64,000 bases of DNA from Eledone cirrhosa (taxonomy: Eukaryota): positions 34,596,001 to 34,660,000 of the forward strand of contig OZ024746.1 of assembly GCA_964016885.1 (NCBI GenBank). Direction: 5' to 3'. A model generated the notes under the pieces. It saw only the letters and a list, made by a program, of their open reading frames with translations. It was not told the origin of the DNA and ran no database searches. The translations under genes were made by a program, and so were the position numbers. How positions within the stretch are numbered: the first letter of the stretch is position 1; each line of letters starts with the position of its first letter. Below are positions 1 through 12,585 of the stretch, one piece after another.

Positions 1-470
1 GTTATTTCTATACCCAGAGTTATTGTTTATATTACTACTACCGTTATTATTGTTGTTGTTGTTTACCTTTGCATTCCAACGTATTTTTGTGAAACACTTT
101 TCCAGCTCCGTTTTGCATTCCATAGGGTTAATCTTTTTGTAGATGGCAAATGTTGGTGGTAACCTTAGGATTTGTTGTTCTTGTTCACTGATTAAAGTGT
201 TCCCATAGATATTTACTGTGTGGTCATTGGTAAATTCTTCCGGTAGTTTTACATCAGTCATACGGATATTGTCGATGATATCTGGGTATTTTTGAGAATA
301 TTCGATTTTCCTTTCTTGTAGTTTTTTCTTGTTCATCCATTCTAATTTCTTCTTGAAATGCCTACAGGATTCGTTTCGAGCGTATTTCGTTTCGCGTCGG
401 ATGACGCTCATGAAGTCATCTCTCTCGTTTGCTGTGATGAGATTTCGGATTTCCTTACCGTTAATGCGTT
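1..470 (-). mobile_element. Penelope-like element, N-terminal ORF fragment (runs off window edge)
   Basis: Minus-strand translation YPDIIDNIRMTD...NIYGNTLISEQEQQILRLPPTFAIYKKINPMECKTELEKCFTKIRW aligns with YPDKIDGINMAD...NIYGNTVIDDDELSVLRLPPKFATFKKVNMISCLSEIEKSLTKLCW in the PLE ORF at 54424. Confidence 0.78.
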
Positions 471-477
471 TCTGTTA

Positions 478-661
478 TTAATTCTGGCAATATTACGCAA
501 ATATGACCCTCCCCAAGTATAACAATATCTGTTTCGACATACGATTTCATATAAAAAACCTCGCTAAACTAATTCATCGCCGCTATATATATATCTATAT
601 ATATATATGTAAGTATGTATGTATATGTACATACATATATGTATACAGACGTACAGTAGCA

Positions 662-721
<60 letters not shown>

Positions 722-800
722 CATATATGCACGCATGAGTTTAGCGGACGCTTATTATAACGCCGCTTTGTTCGTTTGTAAACAAACTGAACAGCCTGAA
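478..800 (+). mobile_element. PLE 3'-terminal (pseudo-LTR) segment, inverted relative to the adjacent ORF
   Basis: atgaccctccccaagtataacaatatctgtttcgacatacgatttca matches the PLE 3' end at 58080-58127 and the reverse complement of about 60900-61210. Confidence 0.7.
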
Positions 801-876
801 TTTATGCCATACGGTGTTAAGGCAACCACGTCACCTTTTTTTTTTTTTTTTTTTTTCGTTCAACACTGACACAGGA

Positions 877-919
877 ACGATGTACTAGTTTCAAGCTTGA
901 TAGCTATCATCAGCACCGT
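877..919 (-). ncRNA. Minimal type I hammerhead ribozyme
   Basis: Reverse complement reads acggtg CTGATGA tAGCT-atca-AGCTt GAAA CTAG TA catcgt: 6-bp stem I, intact core, palindromic stem III (ACTAGT), GUA cleavage triplet. Confidence 0.85.
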
Positions 920-1126
920 ATACCCATCTGCCAGACAGTTGAACGTTCGAAAGTATATACTTTCCTTATGAAAATTAACGGCTGAGCAGCCTAATTTGCA
1001 TATTGAGTGAGTTAAATCGGTCAGGCATACCGAAAACGATAAGTTGAAAATATACATACATAAGTTACATTTAAGTAAGTGCCATACTAAGAGTGAGAAA
1101 TGAAATTTCGTTTTCATTTTTTTCAA

Positions 1127-1187
<61 letters not shown>

Positions 1188-1198
1188 TTAGAAATTAG

Positions 1199-1384
1199 AA
1201 GCTTTCACCGTATTTTAGACTAAAGAAATTTCTAGCCTGATAGTGGGGTTTATAACCCTCGGAGAAATGGAAAAACATGAGTGTTGCCGTACATGGCAAC
1301 ACTCATCTTTTTCCATTTCTCCGAGGGTTATAAACCCCACTATCAGGCTAGAAATTTCTTTAGTCTAAAATACGGTGAAAGCTT
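1199..1384. repeat. Near-perfect fold-back (90-bp arms, 6-nt centre) next to (TA)n
   Basis: 1199-1288 is the reverse complement of 1295-1384 with one visible mismatch. A diverged single-arm copy lies at about 58262-58390. Confidence 0.93.
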
Positions 1385-1477
1385 ATATATTTCTTATTTC
1401 TAATTTTGAAACTCGCGCACCGTTTCAAAAACATACTTACATGTTTACATTTATAATTTGCTTGTTTATATATATAA

Positions 1478-1625
1478 CAAAGGAATTATGGTAAGGAACA
1501 AGATGGACCATAACGCAACAGAGTACTCAATACTTAGGGTAGTAGAGTGGGAAATAGGAACAAGTATGACCCCGACGGCAGAGCTCAAACCGTTTCGACG
1601 GCTATTTCTGGACTCCTTCAACCAA
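1478..1625 (-). repeat. Dispersed (TA)n-anchored terminal repeat with possible decayed HHR 3' half
   Basis: Homologous to 58540-58680 (+) and 31855-31945 (+). Contains gtcGAAAcggtt on the minus strand, but the upstream core reads TTGAAGG. Confidence 0.55.
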
Positions 1626-1996
1626 TTTCAAAACCATGGCAAGTAGACGTGGTGATAATGTGTGGTAAAAAATAGCTACTCTTAACACATGTTCTTAAAT
1701 TATCGTGATCTATCAACTCATGTGGAAAGATGCATTTGGAAAAAAACCATCAAACCTAGGTTTGTCTCTACATTTGTGTCTCCATATGGGTATCAATATA
1801 GACCACCTAATGGGCCATCTGATACTGTTGCGTCATGGATTGTGTCATGTTATCATGACATAACGATTTCACCAAAGATATACGAATTACGGCCAACTCC
1901 ACGATCAAACAAGCTGCGAACTCTAATGTAAAGTTAATGTATGTGTGTGTATACATATATATATATTGTGCAGTAAGAAGCACATACACACACACC

Positions 1997-2077
<81 letters not shown>

Positions 2078-2658
2078 CTGTGTGTGTTTAAATATGTGAT
2101 AGACAAAATAGTGCGGTTGACAAAACTCATTTAAAAGGATAAATTAAGGTATACAAATCGACTATAATAACTATTAACATCCAGAGAGTTACAAAGTATA
2201 AGTGTTTCGCAATTTAGTAATGAGAAATATAAAACTGGTATTACTTGTCAATGGATCTCCAAATCAATATAATTATCACTGCTAAAAATCATTAGAAGGT
2301 TAATAAAGCACATGTGTTAAAAGAGGAACAATCCTTGAGTATTCCGTGCCGGGCGGCGCAAACAGAACGCTCGACTACTAAACATAGCAGCCCAATATAT
2401 CAAAATTAAAATTTGTATTTAAAAACTGACAATATTCCCTTATAATCAAATAATCACAAGTAAAAAATTGCGAGTTGTTTATAACGCAGTAAGGAGAGAA
2501 ATTGACACACCCCACACACATCTACAAACATACATATATATATATATTCTGTATGTATATATATATATATATATATAGATAGATAGTTAGATAAATATAC
2601 ACGGGTGTTTATGATTTTGTATAGAAGAAAATTGCAAACTTGACTGTCACCACAGAAT

Positions 2659-2699
2659 ATGAACCTGAAGAGTGCGAAAGCATGGAAGTACTTGTTCAT
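2659..2699 (+). ncRNA. Minimal hammerhead ribozyme with one core substitution
   Basis: atgaac CTGAAGA gtgc-GAAA-gcat GGAA GTAC TT gttcat: 6-bp stem I, GNRA-capped stem II, palindromic stem III. GAAA is mutated to GGAA. Confidence 0.65.
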
Positions 2700-2707
2700 T
2701 TAACACT

Positions 2708-2806
2708 TAACATTTAATATTCTACCATACTATTTCATTCTAATAGCAATATAAATGTTAAAGGATTGTAGATAAAAAGAGTAAATCAAAGTTGGAATTC
2801 CTTTTA

Positions 2807-2882
<76 letters not shown>

Positions 2883-2997
2883 TATATATATACATTAATA
2901 AAAGGAATTCCAACTTTGATTTACTCTTTTTATCTACAATCATTTAACATTTATAATGCTATTAGAATGAAATAGTATGGTAGAATATTAAATGTTA
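2708..2997. repeat. Inverted repeat (~103-bp arms) enclosing a (TA)n tract
   Basis: 2708-2810 is the reverse complement of 2895-2997; the spacer is (TA)n. Confidence 0.9.
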
Positions 2998-3010
2998 TAT
3001 ACATATACAT

Positions 3011-3301
3011 TTGAAGACTAAAACCCAAAGAGGGCTCGATAAGGATAAATATATATCAAATATATAAGAACCGTGGAGCAAATATTTATTAAAATAACAG
3101 ATTAAAGTTTAAGCAAATAATCGCTGCTTTCACCCTTAACGGGATCTTCTGAAACTAAAAAAAAATATAAGGTAATATTGTGAATTTTTAACTAAACATT
3201 TTAATTTTTATATATTGGGCTGTTATTTTTAGTTTCAAAAGATCCCGTTAAGCGTGACAGCAGCGATTCTTTGCTTAATCTTTAATCTTTTATATTAATA
3301 A

Positions 3302-3305
<4 letters not shown>
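3011..3305. repeat. Fold-back element with decayed HHR-like core; second family member at 35200-35420
   Basis: Arms about 3075-3160 and 3225-3303. A consensus across both loci reads CTGAAGA tccc-gttaa-gggt GAAA gc. 3011-3150 matches the reverse complement of about 35270-35407. Confidence 0.8.
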
Positions 3306-3339
<34 letters not shown>

Positions 3340-3432
3340 AAGAGTTAAACAAAATTCAATGAGTATATCAAAGAATGAGTTTTACAGTATATTGGAAGCA
3401 CTCTACGGTTCCGGAGTTATTAATATTAGAGG

Positions 3433-3708
3433 ATAAATATTAATAAAATAGATGTTCTTTTGATCAATTACATTTTATTATACATATTTCGGATGTACAA
3501 CAGTACGTCCTCATCAGACAAAATATTATGATATATCACATACCCTGAAATGTTAAATAGTTAAGATTTAATCACGGTAGTGATTTAACATCTGAGGGTA
3601 TGTCATCTATCATTATATTTTGTCTGATGAGGACGTACTGTTGTACATCCGAAATATGTATAATAAAATGTAATTGATCAAAAGAACATCTATTTTATTA
3701 ATATTTAT
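3433..3708. repeat. Fold-back (~126-bp arms) carrying a hammerhead on each arm
   Basis: 3433-3558 pairs with 3583-3708; (TA)n on both sides of the insertion. Same family as 59826-60213. Confidence 0.9.
3617..3669 (+). ncRNA. Type I hammerhead ribozyme (mirror copy 3472-3524 on - strand)
   Basis: attttgt CTGATGA GGAcGTAC-tgtt-GTACaTCC GAAA TATGTA TA ataaaat. Confidence 0.8.
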
Positions 3709-3711
3709 ATA

Positions 3712-3764
<53 letters not shown>

Positions 3765-4437
3765 TTCGTTTCTCAATCTGTTTAGCAAGATTCTTTATCT
3801 GAAAACGTGTGTTGAAACCGATATTGTTATACTTTGGGAGGGTCATGTTGCCAATAAGAAACACATTGACCAGTGCTTACATTTCAATTTATTATAAAAA
3901 AAACCTTCTGACTGGAGATTCGTTTCTTTGTTTAAAAGACTCAATGTTTAGACAAATCACAGAGGCAATAAACATAAATGAGCTCCAACCAAAATTAAAT
4001 AAAAAACATGAATGGATCAGCAACATCACAACTTACAATTAAGGACAAAATGAAAAATACACACACACATAGAACAAACAACCAACCAGTAACATGTAAA
4101 TAAACAAATAAATAAACAAATATAAACACACACAGACACCCGGATGTAACACATGCGCAAACTAAGCACACAACACACACAAAAACAAGATGGCGTAGGA
4201 CAGAACAAAGGAGAGGCACAAAAACAAAGAACAAAATCCCCAGTCACTGAAGAGGTCACATAATGTGTGACGAAAGAACTTTGACAATATATGAACAATC
4301 GTCTGGTTGTGGTACCAACCAACCAACCGGAAATTTATAAATTCATAAATTTATAAATTTAATTTGTAATAAATTAAAGTGAAAGCATGGTGCGTATGTT
4401 TCTTATTGGCAACATGACCCCCCCCCCTCAAGTATAA
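3765..4437 (+). mobile_element. 5'-truncated PLE (end of GIY-YIG ORF + 3' region) with inverted 3' terminus upstream
   Basis: 3933-4042 encodes KDSMFRQITEAININELQPKLNKKHEW, as in the 50906/56814 ORFs. 3765-3900 is the reverse complement of 58030-58165. (TA)n on both sides. Confidence 0.88.
4243..4285 (+). ncRNA. Minimal hammerhead in PLE 3' region
   Basis: gtca CTGAAGA gGTCACA-taatg-TGTGAC GAAA GAAC TT tgac. Confidence 0.8.
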
Positions 4438-4439
4438 CA

Positions 4440-4481
<42 letters not shown>

Positions 4482-4504
4482 ATGTGTGTGTGTGTGGGGG
4501 GGGG

Positions 4505-4550
<46 letters not shown>

Positions 4551-6233
4551 ATGTGTATGTGTATGTGTGTGTGTCTGGGTGTGTGTCTGTGTGTGTGCGC
4601 GTGCGCCACCGTCTGTAATATCAACTTATGCAATGTTAAGATAACCAAATCACTTTATCAAGTATTAATTTCACATCTCTTATCATATATTTCAATCATA
4701 TCAATGATATTCGACACTTAGCTGAAATTAAACGTTGATAGGGGAAGGTTTTTTTTTGTATCTCACTAACATCCTTTGTGTATTTAAGTAAGTCTGAAGA
4801 ATATGGGGACAATCTATAGTAGACAGGATTTGATATATTTATTTTAGTGTATGTGTATAAGAGGTTTAGGTTTTTTTTATTGTGCTTTGTACACCAGTTA
4901 TCTCATGTACCAGGTATTGTCGTATAAACACGTTTCATATCAATTTCGTGTGTACAATGCTATGTGTAATATGCTGTATTATTGGAGGGCTTCTTTAGAC
5001 GCCTATTTCTGAGCATTAGAGTGAAGTTAAGATAAGACTGGCGCATATATATGTATATATTACTTTTTTGTTGATGCTTGTGTCTGTATGTCCGTATATG
5101 TTTTAGCTGTAAACAATTTTTTGAAACCATTCCTTATCTAAACCCAAAACTGCTTATCGTTTCTAGAACCTTTGTAACACAGTTTATATAAAACCTAATA
5201 GTGGCTCTAGCATTAACAGCTCAGAATACTTTCTCTAATCATCAATCTGTGGAGACTGAATTCATTTATCGCTATTTTTCCAGAAAACTGTAACAAACAT
5301 TTATCGAATTCAAACTCATAGTTCCAGAATAAATTATTAATCCTATTAATGTAATCCAGTATAAAATTGTACCAGTCATTTACTTGCCTTCATGATACGT
5401 GTTTGTCTGTGTGTGTATATGTATATTTGTGAAACTAGTGTGTGGGATCGAATGCAATATATTTAGGATTTAGATATCTGATATCATATAGATGACCTGG
5501 TGGAAATTCATTCTCATAGCATTTACACCTGAGGGTGCCGCAGTTGATTCTTGTTGCGTTTAGCTGCAAGTCAACTGTGGTGTATCTATGCAGAGGATGA
5601 GTCGATTTTTAATATCCACTAAATATATCAAAATTATATTCATATAACCTTAATTAACACGACAACATTGTCATGACTAAATCATCTTTGATCATAGATT
5701 GCGTTATAAGTATTGACCGATTGTCTCTATTTGAAGGTATTGGTCAAATAGCGCCAGAATTAATTTCGTATTTCATCCTAGCGTGGTCGATATTATAATG
5801 TACCAGTAACGCACTAGTATCGATATAATAGGTTTTCCCCTCCCCACAATCTATTAGCCTTGTGCCTAAATCAAAAACCATTATTTGACGCTTTCCTCCC
5901 AAAATTCAACATATATCTTAGTAGGATTTAATCGTATTCACATTTACCAAATGATAGTCTAAACCTGAATTTAAATTATTTTCGCACACTTCATGTTGCT
6001 TTACTCTCTCAGAATTAGGTACAATGATGGATACTAAGTTTTACAATCCAATATATGTGCATTGGTGTTTGAAGATGTTAAAACCCACGCTCAAATTTAT
6101 TAAGCAGTGTTAAATATAAAACAAAATCTGTCTGGGATTCTGTACATTTCTGTTTTAATCGCCAGAATCAGCATTTTCGTTCTTTCTAATGTAATTTTAT
6201 GCATTTATCGAGGGGAAACTGATTTACGTTAGT

Positions 6234-6445
6234 GCAGGTACGTGACCTAGTGGTAAGGGTGTTGGGCTTACGATCATAAAGCCGTGGATTATGTGTTGTG
6301 TTCTTGAACAAAACACTTCGTTTTCTGTTGCTCCAGTACAGTCAGCTGAAATACCAGCAATAGCGGTTTCATTCTAATCCTTCGATGGCCTGGCATCCTC
6401 TCACGACACGGAAATCGTGTTATGTACCGGCCTGATGAGCTTCCG
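6234..6445 (+). mobile_element. Decayed tRNA-derived SINE (second family)
   Basis: A-box-like gtgacctagtggtaagg followed by a ttgtgttcttgaacaaaacactt central domain; B box apparently deleted. Confidence 0.5.
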
Positions 6446-6840
6446 GGATCGAGGCAGACTTTAAACAAATTCTTTACAGTGTAATCTGTTTGCATTTGTA
6501 GTTTACCAATGCATATACGATGTACATGTTATTTAAGTTATTGTAACTTGCCACTCCAAAATGTAAGTTGTCGTAGTTCCACTGTCAATTTATTAATGCT
6601 ACAAATTTAATTAAAACGCAACCAAAATATTTATACGTTCAAATAGAAACTAAATATATCAATATTTAGAATACGTATTATTACTGTAGTTGTAAAACAT
6701 CCTATTAGCCGCATGATCAGGAGGAAATTAACAAATGTTTTGAAGGATAAATTTAAAATCACGGTTAAATGAAGTTTTGTGCAAACTGCCCTCGGTCAAC
6801 TGTACAATATTTCAAAGTAACGCGAAGCTTTTTAGTTGAC

Positions 6841-7160
6841 ATTACTTTTAGGTGAATTGTTACGTCCCTTTACGATCTGAGTTCAAATCCCGCCGAGGTT
6901 GACTTTGCCTTTCATCCTTACGGGGTCGATAAAATAAAGTACCAATAATGCACTGGGTAATTGCTGGCCTTGTGCCTAAAGTAGAAACAATTACTTTTAG
7001 GTGAATTGGCAGTACCGGTAGAGGGTCGGACGCCAAGCTTTATAGCATAGTTACGTCCCTTTACGGTTTGAGTTCAAATCCCGTCGAGTTTAACTTACGT
7101 GGTCGATAAAATAAAGTACCAGTAATTGCTGGCCTTGTGCCAACAGTAGAAACAATTATT
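6841..7160 (+). mobile_element. Tandem pair of tRNA-derived SINE copies (cephalopod OR/OK-like)
   Basis: Two copies with B box gagttcaaatccc and 3' end ggccttgtgc...gtagaaacaatta. attacttttaggtgaattg is repeated at 6841 and 6990. Confidence 0.8.
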
Positions 7161-8159
7161 TTTCCGCCTAGGAATGGGAGAACTCCTGTAGTATTTTCAA
7201 TGACACACTTTCCAAATATCATTTGAAGTCTACAAGCTCAAATGATACTTACATTTAGGACCTGTAATATCTCTACCATATCTTCCCCGCTAAATGCTAA
7301 TGTTTATATAGCTAGTAGACAAGTGTGGGTCTATTACCAACCTACATAGAAGAATATTGATTTTCTGAATCATGAAACTTGTACCTGCATTAATTACCTT
7401 CTATATCTCAGGTACAAAATCTGTTCATGATCATCAATTCATACACTAGCACACAACAATGACATTATATCAGTGAAAATTATGAAAGAAAAAAAAAATT
7501 ATTCCCACTCCTCTCATATTACCGAACAGTATATCGTCCATCTATCTTCTTGCAACCATCTATTTCATAATGATGTGTGGGTTAACTTAATTATATGTAT
7601 TTTTTTTAATTACACTGAATGAAACCAAGAACTATATGCAGAATGTAATGAAACGGAATTTGAAAGCTCTCACAATTTCTCGTTACTCATCATAAAATCC
7701 AAATGAAAATAAATTGAATTCCTGAAACGATACGTTTAATAAAAAAAAAAAAGAGGTAAAGTATTTTAATGAATATAGCATAATCAAATTCCTTTGATAC
7801 TCGTTTAATATATTTTTTCATTGTTATTTTTGTGGTATTCAGGTCCCGAAAAGGAAGAGGGGTATAAAGGGGAAGATGAAACTCATTATAATTATTGAAC
7901 AGTTAGTGCCACCTGATTGAAAATTAATCTTCAATTTTCAAGATTAAAATTGAAGAAGCAAATTTAATGAGGATGCAAAATAAAAAAAAATAAAAAATAT
8001 CAATGAAAGTAATATGAAAATTGCATAAAATGCTAAAAGTTAAGTGAGCAATAAGATAGAATACGAGAAAGAAATTGCTCGTTGAGTTTAAAAGATGTTG
8101 AGCCTTGAACGCTGTCCAGCTGGTGTACTTGCCATTGATGATGACGGGGACGCCGGCGA

Positions 8160-8341
8160 GTATGGTGAGGATGATCGTGATGGTGACGATGATGAAGATG
8201 ATAATAATGATGATGATGACAACAACGGTTACGCACACGACGATGATGATAATAATGACGACGGTGATGCTGATGATTATAATATTGATGATGATGATAA
8301 TGATGCTGACGATAATGATGATGATGATGATGATGATGCTA

Positions 8342-8395
<54 letters not shown>

Positions 8396-8440
8396 ATAAT
8401 ATTAGTGATTGAAAAGTTGATGGTGAAGATGGGAATGATG
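8160..8440. repeat. (GAT/ATG)n microsatellite, degenerate on the left
   Basis: Long gatgatgat run; it generates the poly-D, poly-M and poly-H/I pseudo-ORFs. Confidence 0.9.
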
Positions 8441-9226
8441 ATGCAATATATTTATTTAGTTTTAGTAGCCTTCATGATATTAGTATTCCTGTCTTCATAT
8501 TTTTGTATTTATAAATATTCTCAGCTTTCATTCCTGATTTTATTATTAAATGAATGAAGGTCCCCATACTGTCGCTCATTGGTCAGACGATCTCACCAAG
8601 TGGCATACTATGCCACATTTAGCATACGAGTGTAGAATCCGTCTAAAGTTCTTTCCAGTTTTAGAGTAAGTATTGAAGAAGCTATATAGTAGACAGGCAA
8701 AATTTGCCTAAAAGAGGCGCCTTTACAGCAAAGAGGGTAGTCAGATCCGCACGGCATCTATGGAGACCTAAAGACGAAGTTGTTAGTGAAGATGTTTTTT
8801 GTGGTAGACAATAGAAATTAGAGCTATAAAAAGACAACAAGAGAAACATATATCAATGCAGATGAGGGACAATATAAATTGCAATCCCTCTGAATCGCTG
8901 AATATGATTAGCAATAGAATCAGCTAACGACAGAGATATGAGGTAATCCTTGCAACCAGTGTGATCTACAGAGTGATTGTTTATTACCTGATTCTGATTT
9001 CAATATCTTTCTATTGATGAGCCTTATCATAATGACCTTTATCATATCACAAACAATGACAAAACTATCTTCATAATCGTTCGCGTATACAACATTATCT
9101 TAATCTTCATTGACATAAGCGAGTTCCTTGCCTTATAGACGTCGTCATCGCATACATAACTTCACCAAGTCTTAAAAGATTACCATCACCATCATATAAT
9201 AATAAAAATAATAATATTAATAATAA

Positions 9227-12200
9227 TGCTTTCTTTATTAACCACAAGGGTTTACACAAAGTAGACATTAAGGACAGTACAGGACAATACAGGAGGTACA
9301 AAAGGGCATTTCTGCGTGTACAAAAAACAAAAAACAGAGGATGCAATAATACAACAATGAAAAAATTCTCCGATAGGGGGGAGACTTCCGAGGGACATTT
9401 GTGGAGAAAGCCCATTAAAAAAGGCCACAGTGACCCTGACCACCAGGGCAAGTGCCCTCTCCCAGTTTTCCACCTTTAATGTACAGACACATACTCAGAT
9501 TAGGTCCATTCACTCGGGCCATACTTGCTTCTCTCACCCATCTTTCAACAATATCGGGAAGAGAGCACTTCCCTCTCTACCCTGATTTTCCTTTTCAAAT
9601 GGAATTTGAAAAAGTTAATCAGGACATCACCGAAGAGGTAAGTGCTCGTCTTCAGCCCTTTCAAACGTGTCCACCATACTATCTCTTTCGCCATAACCAC
9701 CAGACAGATAAAAACTGCCTGCCCTTTCCGGTTAAAGGAGGAGGGCGGGGAAATCCTCACGATGGACTTAGCTGATAGCTGGATCCGTCCTACACGTGAC
9801 AGCAGGTGTTCGACATAAACCAACAAGTCAGCAATGCTCGGTCACTGGACGAGTGCGTGCAGGACGGTTTCGTCGCCCTGCGCGCATCTTGGACATTCCC
9901 GGCTGTCGGCACCTCCATGCCTGTAGAGTTTATCCCGAAATGGCAAAGCTCAATGTAGCACTGCCAGGCCAGTGATTTCTGGAAGTTGTCCATAGGCCCC
10001 GGCCCGAAAGTTCTTCCGAAGAGATTGGCTAGTTGATTTTCGTCGATGCATAGTATTTCTCCAAGTACGTCGTCGCTCTTCCTTACCACTAATCCTCTAT
10101 AGAACGCCAAGGTGCAGTTTCCACCGATCACATTGCCCGATTGGTCGAGGGCTGTGTGCGCCTGAAGACATTCCAGTCTCTAAGCGCTCCCGCTCGGTCT
10201 TCGCTTGATCCAGGAGCAGCTCCCTCAAGGATACGAGCTGGGGAGAGACACGTCTACCAAACGGCGCCCACACCTGATCACCGTCGAGGAAGAGGTGGAG
10301 ATGTCGTAGCCTGAGCGCGTGTCTGAGCATCATCAGCCACGGCATGCCCAGCCCTCCACGTAGCGGGTGTTGACAGCAGATGGACCGTCTGACCATTGGA
10401 GCGCGTCCCTTACACAAAAAGGGAAAGAGCAAACGCTCCAGCGCACTCAGGCCAGGCTTAGGACAAGGTACGACGGTAAGGCGGTAGTAGATGACTGACA
10501 CGATGTACGCGTTAGCCACCTCCGCTCGACCTTTCAGGGATAGCTTCATATCCGCCCATTTCTGAGTGAGAGAAGCCACCCTGCTCGTCATCTCGTCCCA
10601 GTTTTAGTCCATCTGGCGGTCCGGACCGAACCAGACCCCCTAGCAATTTAACCGGTCCGTCCGTCCAGCGCCCGACGACGCTGTTGGACGGCATGGACCT
10701 GCCTCTCCAGGTGCCGAGCTTCAGACCCACTGACTTTTCCTGGTTCATCATTGCTCCTGTCACCGCGTCGAATTCTCTTAGTGTAGTGCCGTTCGCCTCG
10801 ATGTGTTTGGCGTGCGACACCACTACGGTGACATCGTCCGCATATGCTGACACGGATCTTCCGCATCCTAGTTCGCACGGGACCCCCCTGAACGTTTCCA
10901 GTTTGTGCAGTAATGTCTCGACAGTCAATACGTACAAGAGAGACCAGAGGTAACATCCTTCGCCGACCGAGCGCATTATTTTGAACGGTTCCGAAAGATG
11001 ACCGTTCACTCTCACCACAGAGCAGATGTCGCTGTGCATGGCAGCGATCCAGCCTCTGAAGACGGGCCCAAAGCCAGCCGCCCTCAGGACTGCCGCTAGC
11101 TATCGATATTCGACCCTATCGAAAGCTTTCGACTGATCTTAATTGATCAAGGGCCCATCCGTGCCAGGTTTCCTAGCTACCCTCGCCACGATGTATCGCA
11201 TGAGGTGGAGGTTGTCGAGGATGGATCTGTTGGGAATGGCGAATGTCTGCGCCTCTCCCACCAGACCACCAACGACATGCGCCAACCTCTTTGCTAGCAC
11301 CTTGGCCAAAATCTTGAACTCTGTGTTTAGCAGAACTATGGGCCTGACATTATCTATGTTAACCCCCTTGTTCGGATCCTTTCTCAGCAGCGCCACCTCT
11401 CCTCTGCTCACAGAGCTGGGAATTCTCCCGTTCTGTTGCCAGTTGCAGTAGATGTCCGCCAAGATGATTCCAAACAAGTCTGGCATCTTGCTCCATTTTA
11501 TTAGGTAGATGGGGGACAGACTGTCCCTGTACCCATCTTTCTTGACCATTCGCTTGGCTTCATCTAATTTCTCCTGAGTTACCTCGATTGTTTCGCATTT
11601 CTTGGCTGCTTTGGCAAACGACACATTTGCAGTGGTGTTGATGTTTTCGTTGTTATTCTCTTTGTTGTTGTTGCTGTTGTTGTTATTGTTATTTTTGTTA
11701 TTGTTATTTTTAGTTTCAGTTGTCGTGGTGGTGGCGTCAGTGGTGTTCGGTGTGGAAGAGTCGATCCTGGGTGAATCCATTTCGATGTCACGAGATAATA
11801 ATTTATTTTTTTCTTTTGTTTCTGTTGTCGCTGTAGTGGTGGTGGGGATGGCGGCTTTAACACCTGCAGTTTTTGGTAATGGCGGGAAATGAATGTCTGC
11901 ATGAGACAAATTTAAATTATTGCTACTGCTTATGTTCTTATTGTTGGCAAACGTAGTAATATTTACAATTGTGGTGTTGGTGTCAGGTGTTAGTTTGTGA
12001 GGAAGGCTCTCAGCTTGGTGTGCCTGTGAGTCGTCCATGATTTTTTCAAAGGAATTTTTTGTTTGATAATTATAAAAGTTTAAATTTTGGCCTCAAGGCC
12101 CCAATCATATTGAGTGTCCTTATCCGAAAACAATATATGTGAAATTATAAATACTTAACAACAAATTTTTCCATAAATGGCAATTTGAAACAACTGAAAA

Positions 12201-12251
12201 CAACAAACCTTTGCGGAGCTAACGATAATACGATTTCCTACGTAGGTCGCC
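9227..12251 (-). mobile_element. Tx1-type non-LTR retrotransposon, internally deleted and frameshifted
   Basis: RT motifs RPIVLLNTEFKILAKVLAKRL, DQSKAFDRV and AYADD; C-terminal CPRC..ETVLH; AATAAA at 9234-9239 (-). The ORF1 5' part (SFAKAAKKCETI) is fused to RT at about 11489. Both ends abut (AAT)n. Confidence 0.88.
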
Positions 12252-12295
<44 letters not shown>

Positions 12296-12296
<1 letters not shown>

Positions 12297-12512
12297 TGTC
12301 ATAGGCGTACTGGGGACTATCTCCAAAAGTTTCCAGGGATGGTTAAAGAAAATCGGCCCCTTCACGCTTTTTGGAACGCTTCAAAAGGCATGCTTGCTTG
12401 GAACAGCAAGAACCCTCCGATACGTCCTGAATATCTGAGGCTGCAGGTAGTGGCTTGATATTCAATCCAACGGACTTTCCAGTTAACCAACATCAATGAC
12501 TGAGATTCAAGG
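12296..12512 (+). mobile_element. Dong/R4 LINE family A, short 3' fragment
   Basis: Near-identical to 13858-14075 (IVIG.LGTI...KACLLGTARTLR + 3' UTR); lies between (AAT)n tracts. Confidence 0.9.
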
Positions 12513-12521
12513 AATAACAAC

Positions 12522-12585
<64 letters not shown>

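Noticed and set aside
1199-1440. Hammerhead in the 1199/58262 fold-back family
   Set aside because: Only C(C/T)GAGGG and a distant GAAAGCTT; I could not build stem I.
7842-7898. Possible terminal exon (ttcag|GTCCCGAAAAG...TGA, AATAAA at ~7979)
   Set aside because: Plausible acceptor, but only ~18 codons with no homology or upstream exon that I can identify; needs RNA-seq.
8095-8557. Poly-Asp / poly-Met ORFs resembling an acidic biomineral protein
   Set aside because: Translation of a (GAT)n microsatellite; no signal peptide or splice support.
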